Made by a program: the position numbers and the translations under genes. A model generated the notes under the pieces. That model had not been told where the DNA came from. It did not search any database and was given only the letters and a program-made list of their open reading frames with translations. Of a stretch of 64,000 nt of DNA, positions 21,065-30,259 are shown piece after piece (the first letter of the stretch is position 1; every line of letters starts with the position of its first letter). Origin of the DNA: Pirellulales bacterium (GTDB taxonomy: Bacteria > Planctomycetota > Planctomycetia > Pirellulales > JAICIG01). The stretch is taken from the NCBI GenBank assembly GCA_040901675.1, contig JBBDYJ010000042.1, forward strand, positions 1-64,000. The letters are read 5' to 3'.

Positions 21065-21868
21065 CTAACGGTGCCCTTCAACGAGTTGGTAAACCGAGGC
21101 GGCGTCCTCACCACCGGCTTCCAGGAACTTTTCGCCCTGCAGTTTGGCCTCGAACCAAACGGTCATCACTCCTGCAACGTGCCCGTTGTGGTCGAGGATC
21201 GGCGCGCCGCTAAAACCGCGAATGTCCACCGGCGAGTCGATATCGTACCGGAACAGATTCCCCTCCCGCGCAGTCACTTTCCCTGCGTAGACGTTTTGCT
21301 TGCACGCCTCCTCAACATAAGGACACCCGACGAGATAGACCTTGTCGCCGATTTGCACCGGCTGGGGGCGCAGATGCAAGGGCGTCGCCGGCAGAGATTC
21401 GCTGCTGGGCTTGACGCTCAATATCAGCCAATCAAAAGTCTCCTGAGCCAGCCCCCCGGCCGCAACTTTCTCAGCCAGGATGAACTGGTCTGGAAGAGTT
21501 CGGGGGTGCATGCGCCAGAGCCGGATGGCGGCGTCGAGGCCGGCCACCGGAATCTCCGGCTCCACCCCGCCGCTGGCACCAATCAGGTGCCTGGCCGTCG
21601 CGGCCAGCGTCCGCCCGTCCTGCGTCTTGACGAGGAATGCGCTGGCACCATGCAACGGAGTGTGGCCGTTGAATTCAGCGTAGTTCGTTAAAACGAGTTG
21701 GGGCCATTCCCGCGGCGATTTGGACGCCCACTGTTCAGCCGGGGCAGCGACGACGGGCGCATTGCTTCGAGCCTCGGCCCGCGGGAGCTTTGCCGCGGGC
21801 CCGGAGCGCTGACAACCAGTTGCCACCACCAAGGAGAAGATAAAGGCGAATAGACGTTGCGACGTCAT
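21065..21868 (-). CDS. Trypsin-like (S1) serine protease lipoprotein
   Basis: Lipobox-like LVVATGC, TARH (catalytic His), FDW (Asp) and GFSGAP (Ser). Confidence 0.82.
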   Translation of the reverse strand: MTSQRLFAFIFSLVVATGCQRSGPAAKLPRAEARSNAPVVAAPAEQWASKSPREWPQLVLTNYAEFNGHTPLHGASAFLVKTQDGRTLAATARHLIGASGGVEPEIPVAGLDAAIRLWRMHPRTLPDQFILAEKVAAGGLAQETFDWLILSVKPSSESLPATPLHLRPQPVQIGDKVYLVGCPYVEEACKQNVYAGKVTAREGNLFRYDIDSPVDIRGFSGAPILDHNGHVAGVMTVWFEAKLQGEKFLEAGGEDAASVYQLVEGHR

Positions 21869-21934
21869 TTTGAGAACCCATCAAATCAAGGAGTCCATTG
21901 GGACTGTTCAAGGACTGTGCCGTTGGTCTTCGCT

Positions 21935-22294
21935 TCAGGGCCGACCATCGGGAAACCACGACTCGTGCGCTTTGACATCGTGGGCAAAGCCTGCCTCCAC
22001 AAGAACGTCGCGCCAATCTCGGCGTGCCTGGTCCATCCACCATTCCATCTCCGCCAGGCTTCCTTGGCTAAGCTTCAGGACCGCAAACCGTATGCGTTCG
22101 AGCGATTTTGGGTCCTTGGGGTCTTTGCCTGGCCACCCTGCAAGACCGCTTCCAAACCAAGAAAGACTTCTGGCCGCCGTCTGGCGGTCCTTTCCGTGAA
22201 ATAAGACGTTGAGTCGCTCTTGAGTTTCCTGGCTGAGAGGGATACGGGCCAGTCCCTCGGCCAGTCCCAGTTTGTTGAGAAGGTTCCGAAACAT
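21935..22294 (-). CDS. Conserved-looking hypothetical protein
   Basis: 119 aa helical protein with ERIRFAVLKLS...ARRDWRDVLVEAGF; co-oriented between DUF1559 and the protease. Confidence 0.65.
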   Translation of the reverse strand: MFRNLLNKLGLAEGLARIPLSQETQERLNVLFHGKDRQTAARSLSWFGSGLAGWPGKDPKDPKSLERIRFAVLKLSQGSLAEMEWWMDQARRDWRDVLVEAGFAHDVKAHESWFPDGRP

Positions 22295-22356
22295 AGTGGC
22301 ATGTTACATCATCCTGTCTTGGCCGCAACGATCTCGTCCGGTGGCTCTACGACAGT

Positions 22357-23259
22357 TCACTCGTCAATCGGCTCGCCGCCGTCCCTGGTGAAGAATGCCT
22401 CAAGGGTGTCGCGCCGCATCGATTTTGACAGCGTGCGCACGGAAGCGTCGGCCATCGCGGCCTGGGGACCGCCGGGATGGCCGCTGGCGATCGGGTTTGT
22501 CCCGGCGGGTTGCGCCGCCAGCTTCAAGGCCGACATGTCCAGATCGCGCGGCTCCATCCAATGAATGCCCGAACCGCCCACTTCAACGACCAGCACCGTT
22601 TTCGTGGCGCCATCGGGAATGTCGCCGAAGGTAGTGGACTCAGCGCCGGGCCACATGGTTCGAGGGCCGACGACAGCCACGTAGCTCGTCTCGGCGGGCT
22701 TGGCCGGGTCGTCACTGCGGCAGCGGAAGGGAGAGCCGAAAACGGCGCTGAACTGGTTAGCGAGCAGACGATTGTTCGGGCCGTTCCAGGGCTCGCTGAA
22801 GTTGTATTGCGCGTAGAGTTGGCGGTGCTCCAGATAAGGCAGGATCAGCACCCGCCAACTGTGCATCGGCTTGCCGTTGGCGTCGGCCAGGTAGGCGGGT
22901 GGAAACGACCCGTAGGCGTCGTGGTATTCCTGTAAGGCGATGCCGATCTGCCGCAGCTTGTTTGCGCAATGAGATCGCCGCGGCGCCTCTCTCCCCACTC
23001 CGGGCAGGGAAGCCAGCAGTAATAGGCCACACGCCCAAAGAAGGACAATGAGACTTGCCTTTAATCCTCCTGGAACGCCCGGCCGGGTAAGTATAGCGAT
23101 GGATAGCGCAACCAAGGTGACGGGCACCAGCCCGCACGGGCCGAGCCAAACGCCAATTGCAAGCCAGAGGCTGGCGGCGGCGAACCAATACAACATGGCC
23201 CGCAGGCCGAACTGGAATGGCCGTGCCGCATCTGCGGGGTGATTCGCGGAATCGTCCAT
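22357..23259 (-). CDS. DUF1559 domain protein (planctomycete-expanded family)
   Basis: [25 protein letters not shown]...FPP...[12 protein letters not shown]...[13 protein letters not shown] and [14 protein letters not shown] (H-X9-DG variant). Start set at MDDSAN; the longer ORF runs through a repeat. Confidence 0.88.
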   Translation of the reverse strand: MDDSANHPADAARPFQFGLRAMLYWFAAASLWLAIGVWLGPCGLVPVTLVALSIAILTRPGVPGGLKASLIVLLWACGLLLLASLPGVGREAPRRSHCANKLRQIGIALQEYHDAYGSFPPAYLADANGKPMHSWRVLILPYLEHRQLYAQYNFSEPWNGPNNRLLANQFSAVFGSPFRCRSDDPAKPAETSYVAVVGPRTMWPGAESTTFGDIPDGATKTVLVVEVGGSGIHWMEPRDLDMSALKLAAQPAGTNPIASGHPGGPQAAMADASVRTLSKSMRRDTLEAFFTRDGGEPIDE

Positions 23260-23365
23260 AGCGGGCGAGAGTTGGCGAGTCGAATGCTCCGACGCCCCAA
23301 ACAAAGGCAATTGTCCGGCGGAGGAGTCGGGCAGGTCAAGGCAAGTGCGCGGGGGCCGGCGTTGT

Positions 23366-23482
23366 TTCGCCCTTGCAGGGCGACGCGCGCTTGGTGGGAC
23401 GTTTCCCCAGGGCGGCGCTACGCGGCTGACGCCGCTGCGCTCTGCCCTGGGCTGATATGTCATTGTCCCTTCGGGACGGACG
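23366..23482. repeat. Long palindromic intergenic repeat, copy 2
   Basis: CGCCCTTGCAGGGCG hairpin, CCCAGGGC...GCCCTGGG hairpin and GTCCC-TTCG-GGAC hairpin; homologous to 23-102. Confidence 0.8.
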
Positions 23483-23582
23483 AGCCTGAGCCCGCGCCGA
23501 GCAATGTCTTCGGCTTGGCTTCTTTGCGCCTTCGCGTGAGCCCCTTGTCCGTCCTTGTTCGCTTTAGGCGGAGAGAACAAAC

Positions 23583-24053
23583 TCAGTGGGCGGCGGCGCC
23601 GGAGGCGGGCTGCTCGTGCTGGGCGGCATCGATGAGGATCTGCTTGTCGGCGGGCTTGCCGACGTGCTGCATGCGCTCGGACGAATACCGGCCACCATAG
23701 CCGAACATGCCGTTGACGCGGGCGCCGATGTCGGGCACCAAGGCCAATACCAGGAAAATCGACATCATCGAGGCGGGGATCGTCAGCACGTACTTCCAGT
23801 TCGCCTCGTACTTCACGTGCATGAAAAATAAGATCACCAGCATCGCCTTCGTGCAGGAGACCGCGCTCATGAAAGCCCAGCCGACCTGCGGCGTTTCGTG
23901 AAACGGCCAGAACCGCGAGTACGTGAAGAACGATGCCCCCGTGAGCACGCACAACGCACCAAACACGTAGAGATACTTGGCCACGCCATGGCCGCCGTGC
24001 GCGTCGTCGACGTGACCGGCGTGGTCGTGCGTTGCATGGCTGCCGTGCGACAT
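23583..24053 (-). CDS. ctaF: Cytochrome c oxidase subunit IV family protein
   Basis: His-rich N-terminus, [12 protein letters not shown] and [15 protein letters not shown]; follows subunit III. Confidence 0.85.
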   Translation of the reverse strand: MSHGSHATHDHAGHVDDAHGGHGVAKYLYVFGALCVLTGASFFTYSRFWPFHETPQVGWAFMSAVSCTKAMLVILFFMHVKYEANWKYVLTIPASMMSIFLVLALVPDIGARVNGMFGYGGRYSSERMQHVGKPADKQILIDAAQHEQPASGAAAH

Positions 24054-24069
24054 GGGAGACTCCGGGGAG

Positions 24070-24216
24070 GCAGAGGTCAGAGGTCAGAGGTCGGAAGTCG
24101 GAGGTCGGAGGTTCCGCCTGTGGCGGACTTACAGCTCAGTCAGAGGTCAGAGGTCAGACGTTGGGGTCAGAGGCCGGGAGTGTGTGTAGCTCCTCGCTGG
24201 CGCGTCGGGTTAGTAT
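24070..24216. repeat. CAGAGGT/CGGAGGT heptamer tandem repeats with embedded TCCGCC-TGT-GGCGGA palindrome and a TCCTCGCTGGCGCGTCGGGTTAGT element
   Basis: Read directly; fills the ctaE-ctaF intergenic space. Confidence 0.7.
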
Positions 24217-25136
24217 TAGAACAGATAGAGCAAGGGGAAGAGGAAGATCCAGACCAGGTCGACAAAATGCCAGTAAAGGCCGACGTTCTCGATCAGACCG
24301 GCCTTGGTCACGTCGAGCTGCATGAGCAACATCAAGGCGAAGACGATCAGGCCGACGAAGACGTGCAAGGCATGAAAGCCGGTCAGCGTGAAATAGGTGC
24401 TGGCCCATAGGTTTCCGCCGGGAATGACGATCGGCAGCCTGAGCCAGAGATGCTCGTCGTTCAAGCCGGTTGCATGAGCGTGCGAGGCACCGGAAGGGAG
24501 CGGCATGATCCGCGCCGCCAGACGGGCCAGCGCGGCTTCGTCGGTCGCGCTGGAATCGGCCTGCAGGCTTTCCAGCAGCTCTTTTCGCTTGAGATCCTCC
24601 GCCGTCCGCTGGTCCACAGGCTTCGCGTTCAAGGGTGCGAGCAACGCGCTGACGCGGCCTCGAACGGCCGAGCCGTAGTAGACGTCGGGCCGCTCGTGGA
24701 CCAGGCTGCGGGGGTATGCCGGATAGATGCCGTGCGAGAACTTGGCCCGGTACTCGAAGGCCTTCACGCCCAAAAACACGCTGCCCAGGGCCAAGGTCAC
24801 GCCGATCCAGAGCTTGGCGGCGCTGGCCCGGTTCGATTTGGCCGACTCCAGCGCCAGCACCACGCTGACACTGGAGCAAATGAGCACGAAGGTGTTGAAG
24901 GCGCCGGTCGGCTCGCTCAAGTGCACTTCGGCCGGCTGCGGCCAGGTGGGGGCCCCGAAGCGCAGCACGATGTAGACGCCGATCAAGGCGGCGAAGAACA
25001 TGATCTCCGTCGACAGGAAGAGCCACATGAACAGCTTGCCGTTGGGGATCGGCAGCGCGGGCTGGTACACGAGCTTGGGCGGATGCCCGCCGGCGTGGCC
25101 GTCTTCGTGTTCCAGCGGAGGAGCGTGAGTTGCCAT
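24216..25136 (-). CDS. ctaE: Cytochrome c oxidase subunit III (with large loop insertion)
   Basis: [33 protein letters not shown] and [20 protein letters not shown]. Confidence 0.92.
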   Translation of the reverse strand: MATHAPPLEHEDGHAGGHPPKLVYQPALPIPNGKLFMWLFLSTEIMFFAALIGVYIVLRFGAPTWPQPAEVHLSEPTGAFNTFVLICSSVSVVLALESAKSNRASAAKLWIGVTLALGSVFLGVKAFEYRAKFSHGIYPAYPRSLVHERPDVYYGSAVRGRVSALLAPLNAKPVDQRTAEDLKRKELLESLQADSSATDEAALARLAARIMPLPSGASHAHATGLNDEHLWLRLPIVIPGGNLWASTYFTLTGFHALHVFVGLIVFALMLLMQLDVTKAGLIENVGLYWHFVDLVWIFLFPLLYLF

Positions 25137-25196
25137 CGGGAAGAAGTGCCTCGTGCTCTTTTCGGTCAAGGGGGTGGCCGGCGCGCCGGCGGAAAC

Positions 25197-26099
25197 CTAC
25201 GTCAATGGTCCAATCATCAAGCCGGCCAGCAATGCCGGCAGGTAAACCAGCGAAGCCCGCAGCAGCAGCCGGGCGGAATCTTCGTTCATGCGCAGCAGAA
25301 ACCAGGCAGCGCAGGCGAGCTGCCCCAGGCTGAGTACGAGGGCGGCAAAAAAATAGGCCGGCCCCGCGAAGCTGACCACGGCCGGCAAGGCGCTTACCGG
25401 CACCAGGGCCAGGGCCGCCAGCACGGCCTGCACGCCGGCCCGGCGGCCCGTGGGATCGACCACGCTGAGCATCTGCATGCCGGCCGCCGCATACTGCCGG
25501 CGGTAGATCCAGGCAATGGCCATGAAGTGCGGGAATTGCCAGAGGAAAACGATCACGAACAACGTGGCCACCGCCAGGCCGAACCGCCCCTCGACGGCCG
25601 ACCAGCCCATCAGCACCGGCATGGCGCCGGCCACCGCGCCCACGGCCGTGTTGGCGGTGGAGCGGGGCTTGAGCGGGGTGTAGATGCACACGTAGAAGAC
25701 CCAGGTTGCCAGCCCCAGGCCGGCGGTGAGCGGGTTGACGAACCAGGCCAGCCAGGCCGCCCCGGCGAGCGTCAAGCCGGAGCCGAACAGGACCACGCCG
25801 CGTCCGCCCAGCCGGCCGGCGGGCAGAGGGCGCTCGGCGGTGCGGGGCATGCGCGCATCGGTTTCGCGTTCGAGCCATTGGTTCCAGGCGCTGGCGCCTG
25901 CCGCAACCAGGGCCGTGCCGACCAGGGCGTTGAGCACGATCCAGGCGTTGGGCAATCCGGTCGCGGCCAGCACGGCGGCCACGCTCACCGTGACCAACTC
26001 GAGCAGAACGATTTTCGGCTTGGTCAGCTCGACGTAATCGCAGACCCGCTGCAGGCCGTGCGATCGCTCTGCCACATAGCGGACGACGCCTGTGCTCAT
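25197..26099 (-). CDS. ctaB: Protoheme IX farnesyltransferase (heme O synthase)
   Basis: LTKPKI, NQWLERETDARMPRTAERPLPAG, YTPLK, GAMPVLMGW and WQFPHF. Confidence 0.95.
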   Translation of the reverse strand: MSTGVVRYVAERSHGLQRVCDYVELTKPKIVLLELVTVSVAAVLAATGLPNAWIVLNALVGTALVAAGASAWNQWLERETDARMPRTAERPLPAGRLGGRGVVLFGSGLTLAGAAWLAWFVNPLTAGLGLATWVFYVCIYTPLKPRSTANTAVGAVAGAMPVLMGWSAVEGRFGLAVATLFVIVFLWQFPHFMAIAWIYRRQYAAAGMQMLSVVDPTGRRAGVQAVLAALALVPVSALPAVVSFAGPAYFFAALVLSLGQLACAAWFLLRMNEDSARLLLRASLVYLPALLAGLMIGPLT

Positions 26100-27094
26100 G
26101 CGGCGGCCTCACTTTCCAGCCAGACGGCCCGCGCGAGCGGGGCGGCGGTGAGCCGGCAGGCACGCAGGGCCAAGGCGACAGCCGTGCCGAGGATGAGCGA
26201 ACCGAGGGCCACGTGGGCCGTGGTGACCAGGGCCTGAGTGGCACCCATGCGTTGGACGACGAGGCGCTGCGCCCAGGCATAGTCGGCGAACCAGACGGGC
26301 CAGCCATAGTTGACCACCCAGGCTCCCAACCCGAGGGCCAACTGCATGGCGACGAGGCCGGCCAGCAGGCAGCCCGGGCGGGTGAGCCAGCGCTCGGCGG
26401 AGTGTGCGGCGCGAAGGCGGCCCAACAGCCATGCGACGTGAACCACCAGCGCGATCGCCCCGGCGAGGTGCAAGAACACGGCCAGGCGGAAACCGGCCAC
26501 GCCCGCCTCCGGCGGGACGTGCCGCAACTGCGAGCCGAAGACCAGTTGAAGATAAGCGACGGCGGCCGTGGCAATGGCCAGCCAGGCCAGCGAGCCGCTG
26601 AGGGCGCGGGGCTTTTTTTGCTCGAGCCAGCGGGGCGAAGTGAAGACGCAGAGAGCCACCGCGAGCGCGAAGAAGGCAGGACCGACGCAGCCGTGCAGTT
26701 GGGCCAGCAACCGCTCGTCGAGCCGGACGCGCAGGCCGCCCAACACGCCTTGGAAGACGACGGCCATCAGAGCTGCTACTCCCAGCCAGCAGACCCAGCC
26801 ACGGCGCTCGGATCGCCAAAGCACGGCGGCCAGCACGATGGTGAGCAGGCCGACGGCGGAAGCGAGCAGGCGGTGGCCGTGTTCGATGAACAGGTCCCAG
26901 GGTGCGGCCAGCCAGGTTTGCCAGGGGTAGAGGAACATGTTGTAGCCGTAGGTGGTAGGCCAATCGGGCACGGCCATGCCGGCGTCGTAGGTGGTCACCA
27001 GTCCGCCCACCCAGATCAGCGGAAACGTGGCCCAAGCGAGCAGCACGGCGAGGCGGTGCGGCCAGGGGCTCGCGATCTGGGAGGGGCGGTGCAT
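26096..27094 (-). CDS. ctaA: Heme A synthase (COX15/CtaA)
   Basis: GGLVTTYDAGMAVPDWP, IEHGHR, QGVLGG, second-half RH/H/H motifs and 8 TM segments. Its stop overlaps the ctaB ATG. Confidence 0.9.
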   Translation of the reverse strand: MHRPSQIASPWPHRLAVLLAWATFPLIWVGGLVTTYDAGMAVPDWPTTYGYNMFLYPWQTWLAAPWDLFIEHGHRLLASAVGLLTIVLAAVLWRSERRGWVCWLGVAALMAVVFQGVLGGLRVRLDERLLAQLHGCVGPAFFALAVALCVFTSPRWLEQKKPRALSGSLAWLAIATAAVAYLQLVFGSQLRHVPPEAGVAGFRLAVFLHLAGAIALVVHVAWLLGRLRAAHSAERWLTRPGCLLAGLVAMQLALGLGAWVVNYGWPVWFADYAWAQRLVVQRMGATQALVTTAHVALGSLILGTAVALALRACRLTAAPLARAVWLESEAAA

Positions 27095-27099
27095 GGTTA

Positions 27100-27575
27100 G
27101 TAGTGACCGCATTTATGCGGTCGGGTGGTTTGTAGTGACCGCATTTATGCGGTCGCTGTTTCTTTCTTCTTTCCTGTCCTGAGTGTCCTGGGGCACGCTA
27201 GCGCTTTGCCCCAGCCACCCGTCGCTGTTTCTTTCTTCTTTGCTGTCCTGAGTGTCCTGGGGCACGCTAGCGCTTTGCCCCAGCCACCCGTCGCTGTTTC
27301 TTTCTTCTTTACTGTCCTGAGTGTCCTGGGGCACGCTAGCGCTTTGCCCCAGCCACCCGACGCATTCATGCGGTCGTTATCTCTTCCTTCTTACCGATCG
27401 TGTCCGGCCTGGGGCACGCTATCGCTTTGCCCCAGCCACCCGACGGGTTAGTGTGTTTGTCTCCCTCTTCCCTTCTCTCTTTCTTCTTTCCTGTGCTGAG
27501 TGTCCTGGGGCACGCTATCGCTTTGCCCCAGCCACCCGACGGAAGCGATCACGACCGCATGAATGCGGTCACTAC
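27100..27575. repeat. BIME-like mosaic of two palindromic repeat families, including three 69-bp tandem units
   Basis: GTAGTGACCGCATTTATGCGGTC at 27100 and 27132, inverted at 27553-27575. Five copies of CCTGGGGCACGCTA(G/T)CGCTTTGCCCCAGCCACCCG at 27187, 27256, 27325, 27408 and 27504. Confidence 0.9.
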
Positions 27576-27579
27576 GAAC

Positions 27580-29385
27580 CTAGTGGTGTCCGGGCTCATG
27601 GGGTTCCTGGCCTTCGGGGGGCGGGCGGTTCTGCGGGTAGTAGTCCTGGTCGACTTCGGGCGAGCCGTACTCGTAGGGGCCGCGGTAGACGATGGGCTGG
27701 TCCTCGAAGTTGCCGTGGCCCGGCGGGCTAGGGGCGGTCCACTCCAGGCTGTTGGCGTGCCAGGGGTTCCGGCCGGCCTTGGGGCCGAAGAAAATGCTGT
27801 AGATGAAGTTGGCCGCAAAGATGATCTGCGCGGCGCCCATGCCGAAGGCGCAGAGCGAGATGAACTGGTTCATTCCCAGCAGGTGGCGGAACGTTTCGTA
27901 GTGGTAGGGGTCGGCCAGCCGGCGCGGAAAGCCGCCGGCGCCCAGGATGTGCATGGTATAGAAGGTGCCGTTGAAGAAGATGAACGAGAAGAAGAAGTGC
28001 ACCTTGCCCCAGAACTCGTTCATCATCCGGCCGAACATCTTGGGGAACCAGAAGTAGATGGCGCCGAAGACGCCGAAGGCGGTGCCGCCGAACAGCACGT
28101 AGTGGATGTGGGCCACGATGAAGTAGGTGTCGTGGATGAAGATGTCGACGGGCGTGGCGGCCATGAAGATGCCCGACAGGCCGCCGATGATGAACATCGA
28201 CACGAACGACAGGGCGAAGAGCATCGGGGTGGCGAACTGGATGCGTCCGCCCCATAGCGTGCCGAGCCAGTTGAAGACCTTGATGGCGCTGGGCAGGGCG
28301 ATCATCATCGTGGAGACCATGAAGGTGGCGCCCAGCCAGGGGTTCATGCCGGACATGAACATGTGGTGGCCCCAGACGATGAAGCCCAGGCCGGCGATGC
28401 CCGCGATGGAGTAAACCATCGGCTTGTAGCCGAACAGCGGCTTGCGGGCGAAGCAACTGATCATGTCGGAGACCATGCCCATGGCGGGCAGGATCATGAT
28501 GTAAACGGCCGGGTGGGAGTAGAACCAGAAGAGGTGCTGCCACAACAGCGGCTGCCCGCCACCGGCGCCGGCCTCCATGTTGTTGACGATCAGGCCTTCG
28601 GGGATGAAGAAGCCGGTGCGGACGGTGCGGTCGAGGAGCTGCATGAACAGCGCGGCCGTGAGGACCGGCAGGGCGAAGGCCTGCAGGATGGCGGTGATGA
28701 ACATGGCCCAGATGGTCATCGGCAGCCGGAACATGGTCATGCCGGGGGCCCGCATCTGGATGATGGTGGTCATGTAGTTGACCGAGCCCATCATCGAGGA
28801 GATGCCGACGAAGACCAGCCCCAGCAGCCAGAGGGTCTGGCCGTTCAAGCTGCCCGGCGCGGCACCCTGGATGGCCGACAGCGGCGGGTATCCGGTCCAG
28901 CCCGCGTTGGACGCGCCTCCGGTGACGAAGAAGCTGGCGGTCATGAAGATAAAGGCGGGCCACATGAACCAGTAGCTGAGCATGTTCAGGGTGGGAAAGG
29001 CCATGTCCTCGGCGCCGATCATGAGCGGGATCAGAAAGTTGCCGAAGGCCCCGGCCAGGATCGGAATGATCACGAAGAAAATCATGATCGAGGCGTGCAT
29101 CGTGAACAGCATCGTGTAGAACTCGGGCGAGATCTGGCCTTCGGGAAACAGCCGCCCCGCGATGGGCATCTTGGACCAGGGCCAGGCCAATTGCCAGCGG
29201 ACCGCCAGCGCCAGCAGTCCCCCGACCATGAACCACAAGAGGGTCGAGAACAAGAACTGGACGCCGATGACCTTGTGGTCCAGCGAAAAGATATAGGTGC
29301 GCAGAAAGCGGGCCGCGCCGCCCCGCTCGTCGTGGTGGGCATGGCCGTGGGCCGCTTCGTGGGCGCCAAGAGTGGTCGAACTCAT
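27580..29385 (-). CDS. ctaD: Cytochrome c oxidase subunit I, A2-type
   Basis: SLDHKVIG (D-channel Asp), TMHA, WFYSHPAVY (the A2 'YS' motif in place of GHPEVY), VWGHHMF, HDTYFIVAHIHYV and PRR. Confidence 0.97.
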   Translation of the reverse strand: MSSTTLGAHEAAHGHAHHDERGGAARFLRTYIFSLDHKVIGVQFLFSTLLWFMVGGLLALAVRWQLAWPWSKMPIAGRLFPEGQISPEFYTMLFTMHASIMIFFVIIPILAGAFGNFLIPLMIGAEDMAFPTLNMLSYWFMWPAFIFMTASFFVTGGASNAGWTGYPPLSAIQGAAPGSLNGQTLWLLGLVFVGISSMMGSVNYMTTIIQMRAPGMTMFRLPMTIWAMFITAILQAFALPVLTAALFMQLLDRTVRTGFFIPEGLIVNNMEAGAGGGQPLLWQHLFWFYSHPAVYIMILPAMGMVSDMISCFARKPLFGYKPMVYSIAGIAGLGFIVWGHHMFMSGMNPWLGATFMVSTMMIALPSAIKVFNWLGTLWGGRIQFATPMLFALSFVSMFIIGGLSGIFMAATPVDIFIHDTYFIVAHIHYVLFGGTAFGVFGAIYFWFPKMFGRMMNEFWGKVHFFFSFIFFNGTFYTMHILGAGGFPRRLADPYHYETFRHLLGMNQFISLCAFGMGAAQIIFAANFIYSIFFGPKAGRNPWHANSLEWTAPSPPGHGNFEDQPIVYRGPYEYGSPEVDQDYYPQNRPPPEGQEPHEPGHH

Positions 29386-29416
29386 AATGATTTCGGTCTC
29401 GAAGTCCGGTTACTCG

Positions 29417-30193
29417 TCATCGATCTTCCGCCGCTTGCGGATCCTGGGTGGCCTGCTGGGCGGCGTACATGTCGGCCAGCCACTTGCCGTAGGCCTCGCG
29501 CGACTCAACCGTGAGCCGGCCTTTCATCTTGTAATGGCCCCAGCCGCACAGCTCGGCGCAGACCAGGTCGTACGTGCCGATTTCAGTGGCCCGGAACCAG
29601 ACCGGGATGTTCATGCCGGGCACGGCATCCTGCTTGATCCTGAGGTGGGGCAGAAAGAAATCGTGCAGCACGTCCATGCTCTTCAGATCGACCAGGATGT
29701 CGGTGTCGACCGGCACGTGCAGATCGTTGACGTGGTGGATGTCGTCCAGCGTGCCGAAACGGTTGTCCGGACCGGGATAGCGCAGCCGCCACTCGAACTG
29801 CCGGGCCGTCACCTCGACGGTGGGCCGCATTCCGGGAGGCGCCCGCATCTTGACGTCGGCCCAGGCGTTCATCTGGTAGATGGCGATGAACAACAGGATG
29901 GCGGCCGGCAGAATAGTCCAGATAACCTCCAGGTTATGGCTGCCGTGCATGTACGTGGCCGGATCGCGGTTGGTGGCCGAGTCGTAGCGCCAGAGAAACC
30001 AGAACAGCACCCCCTCGGTGGCGACGAACACGACGCCGGTCAGCACCAGCACGAAGTAGAACAAGTGATCGATCTGGTGGCCGTGCCGCGAGATATCGCG
30101 CGGCAGCCAATAGCCGGCGCCGGGCGCCCACCAGAAGAGGGCCACTCCCAACACCGGCACCAGCAAGAACAACACGCTCCAGAACTTACCCAC
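29417..30193 (-). CDS. ctaC: Cytochrome c oxidase subunit II (CuA; no fused cytochrome c)
   Basis: LEVIWTILP, QFEW, DVLHDF and CAELCGWGHYKM. GTG start with GGAG RBS. Confidence 0.95.
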   Translation of the reverse strand: MGKFWSVLFLLVPVLGVALFWWAPGAGYWLPRDISRHGHQIDHLFYFVLVLTGVVFVATEGVLFWFLWRYDSATNRDPATYMHGSHNLEVIWTILPAAILLFIAIYQMNAWADVKMRAPPGMRPTVEVTARQFEWRLRYPGPDNRFGTLDDIHHVNDLHVPVDTDILVDLKSMDVLHDFFLPHLRIKQDAVPGMNIPVWFRATEIGTYDLVCAELCGWGHYKMKGRLTVESREAYGKWLADMYAAQQATQDPQAAEDR

Positions 30194-30259
30194 GGACTTT
30201 CTCCAGGCGCCGGGCGCTTTGCCCATTCCCTTCGGGAAGGCAGGCCGCGGCTTCCGCAT

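Noticed and set aside
20400..22360. Integron cassette array
   Set aside because: The genes look cassette-like, but I could not find convincing paired RYYYAAC/GTTRRRY attC boxes between them, and no IntI is present.
23260..23952. N-terminal 230 aa of the 531-aa ORF 22357-23952
   Set aside because: Runs through ctaF in another frame and through a palindromic repeat; the real DUF1559 gene most likely starts at 23259.
27187..27538. CRISPR array (35-bp palindromic repeats with ~34-bp spacers)
   Set aside because: The first spacers are near-identical to each other and the later ones are irregular in length and related in sequence. No cas genes are present, and the block is bracketed by REPs. It is a REP mosaic or tandem amplification.
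27113..27731. Short ORFs with 23-aa repeats (PQDTQDSKEERNSDGWLGQSASV etc.)
   Set aside because: Translations of the 69-bp DNA repeat in several frames; no independent sign of coding.
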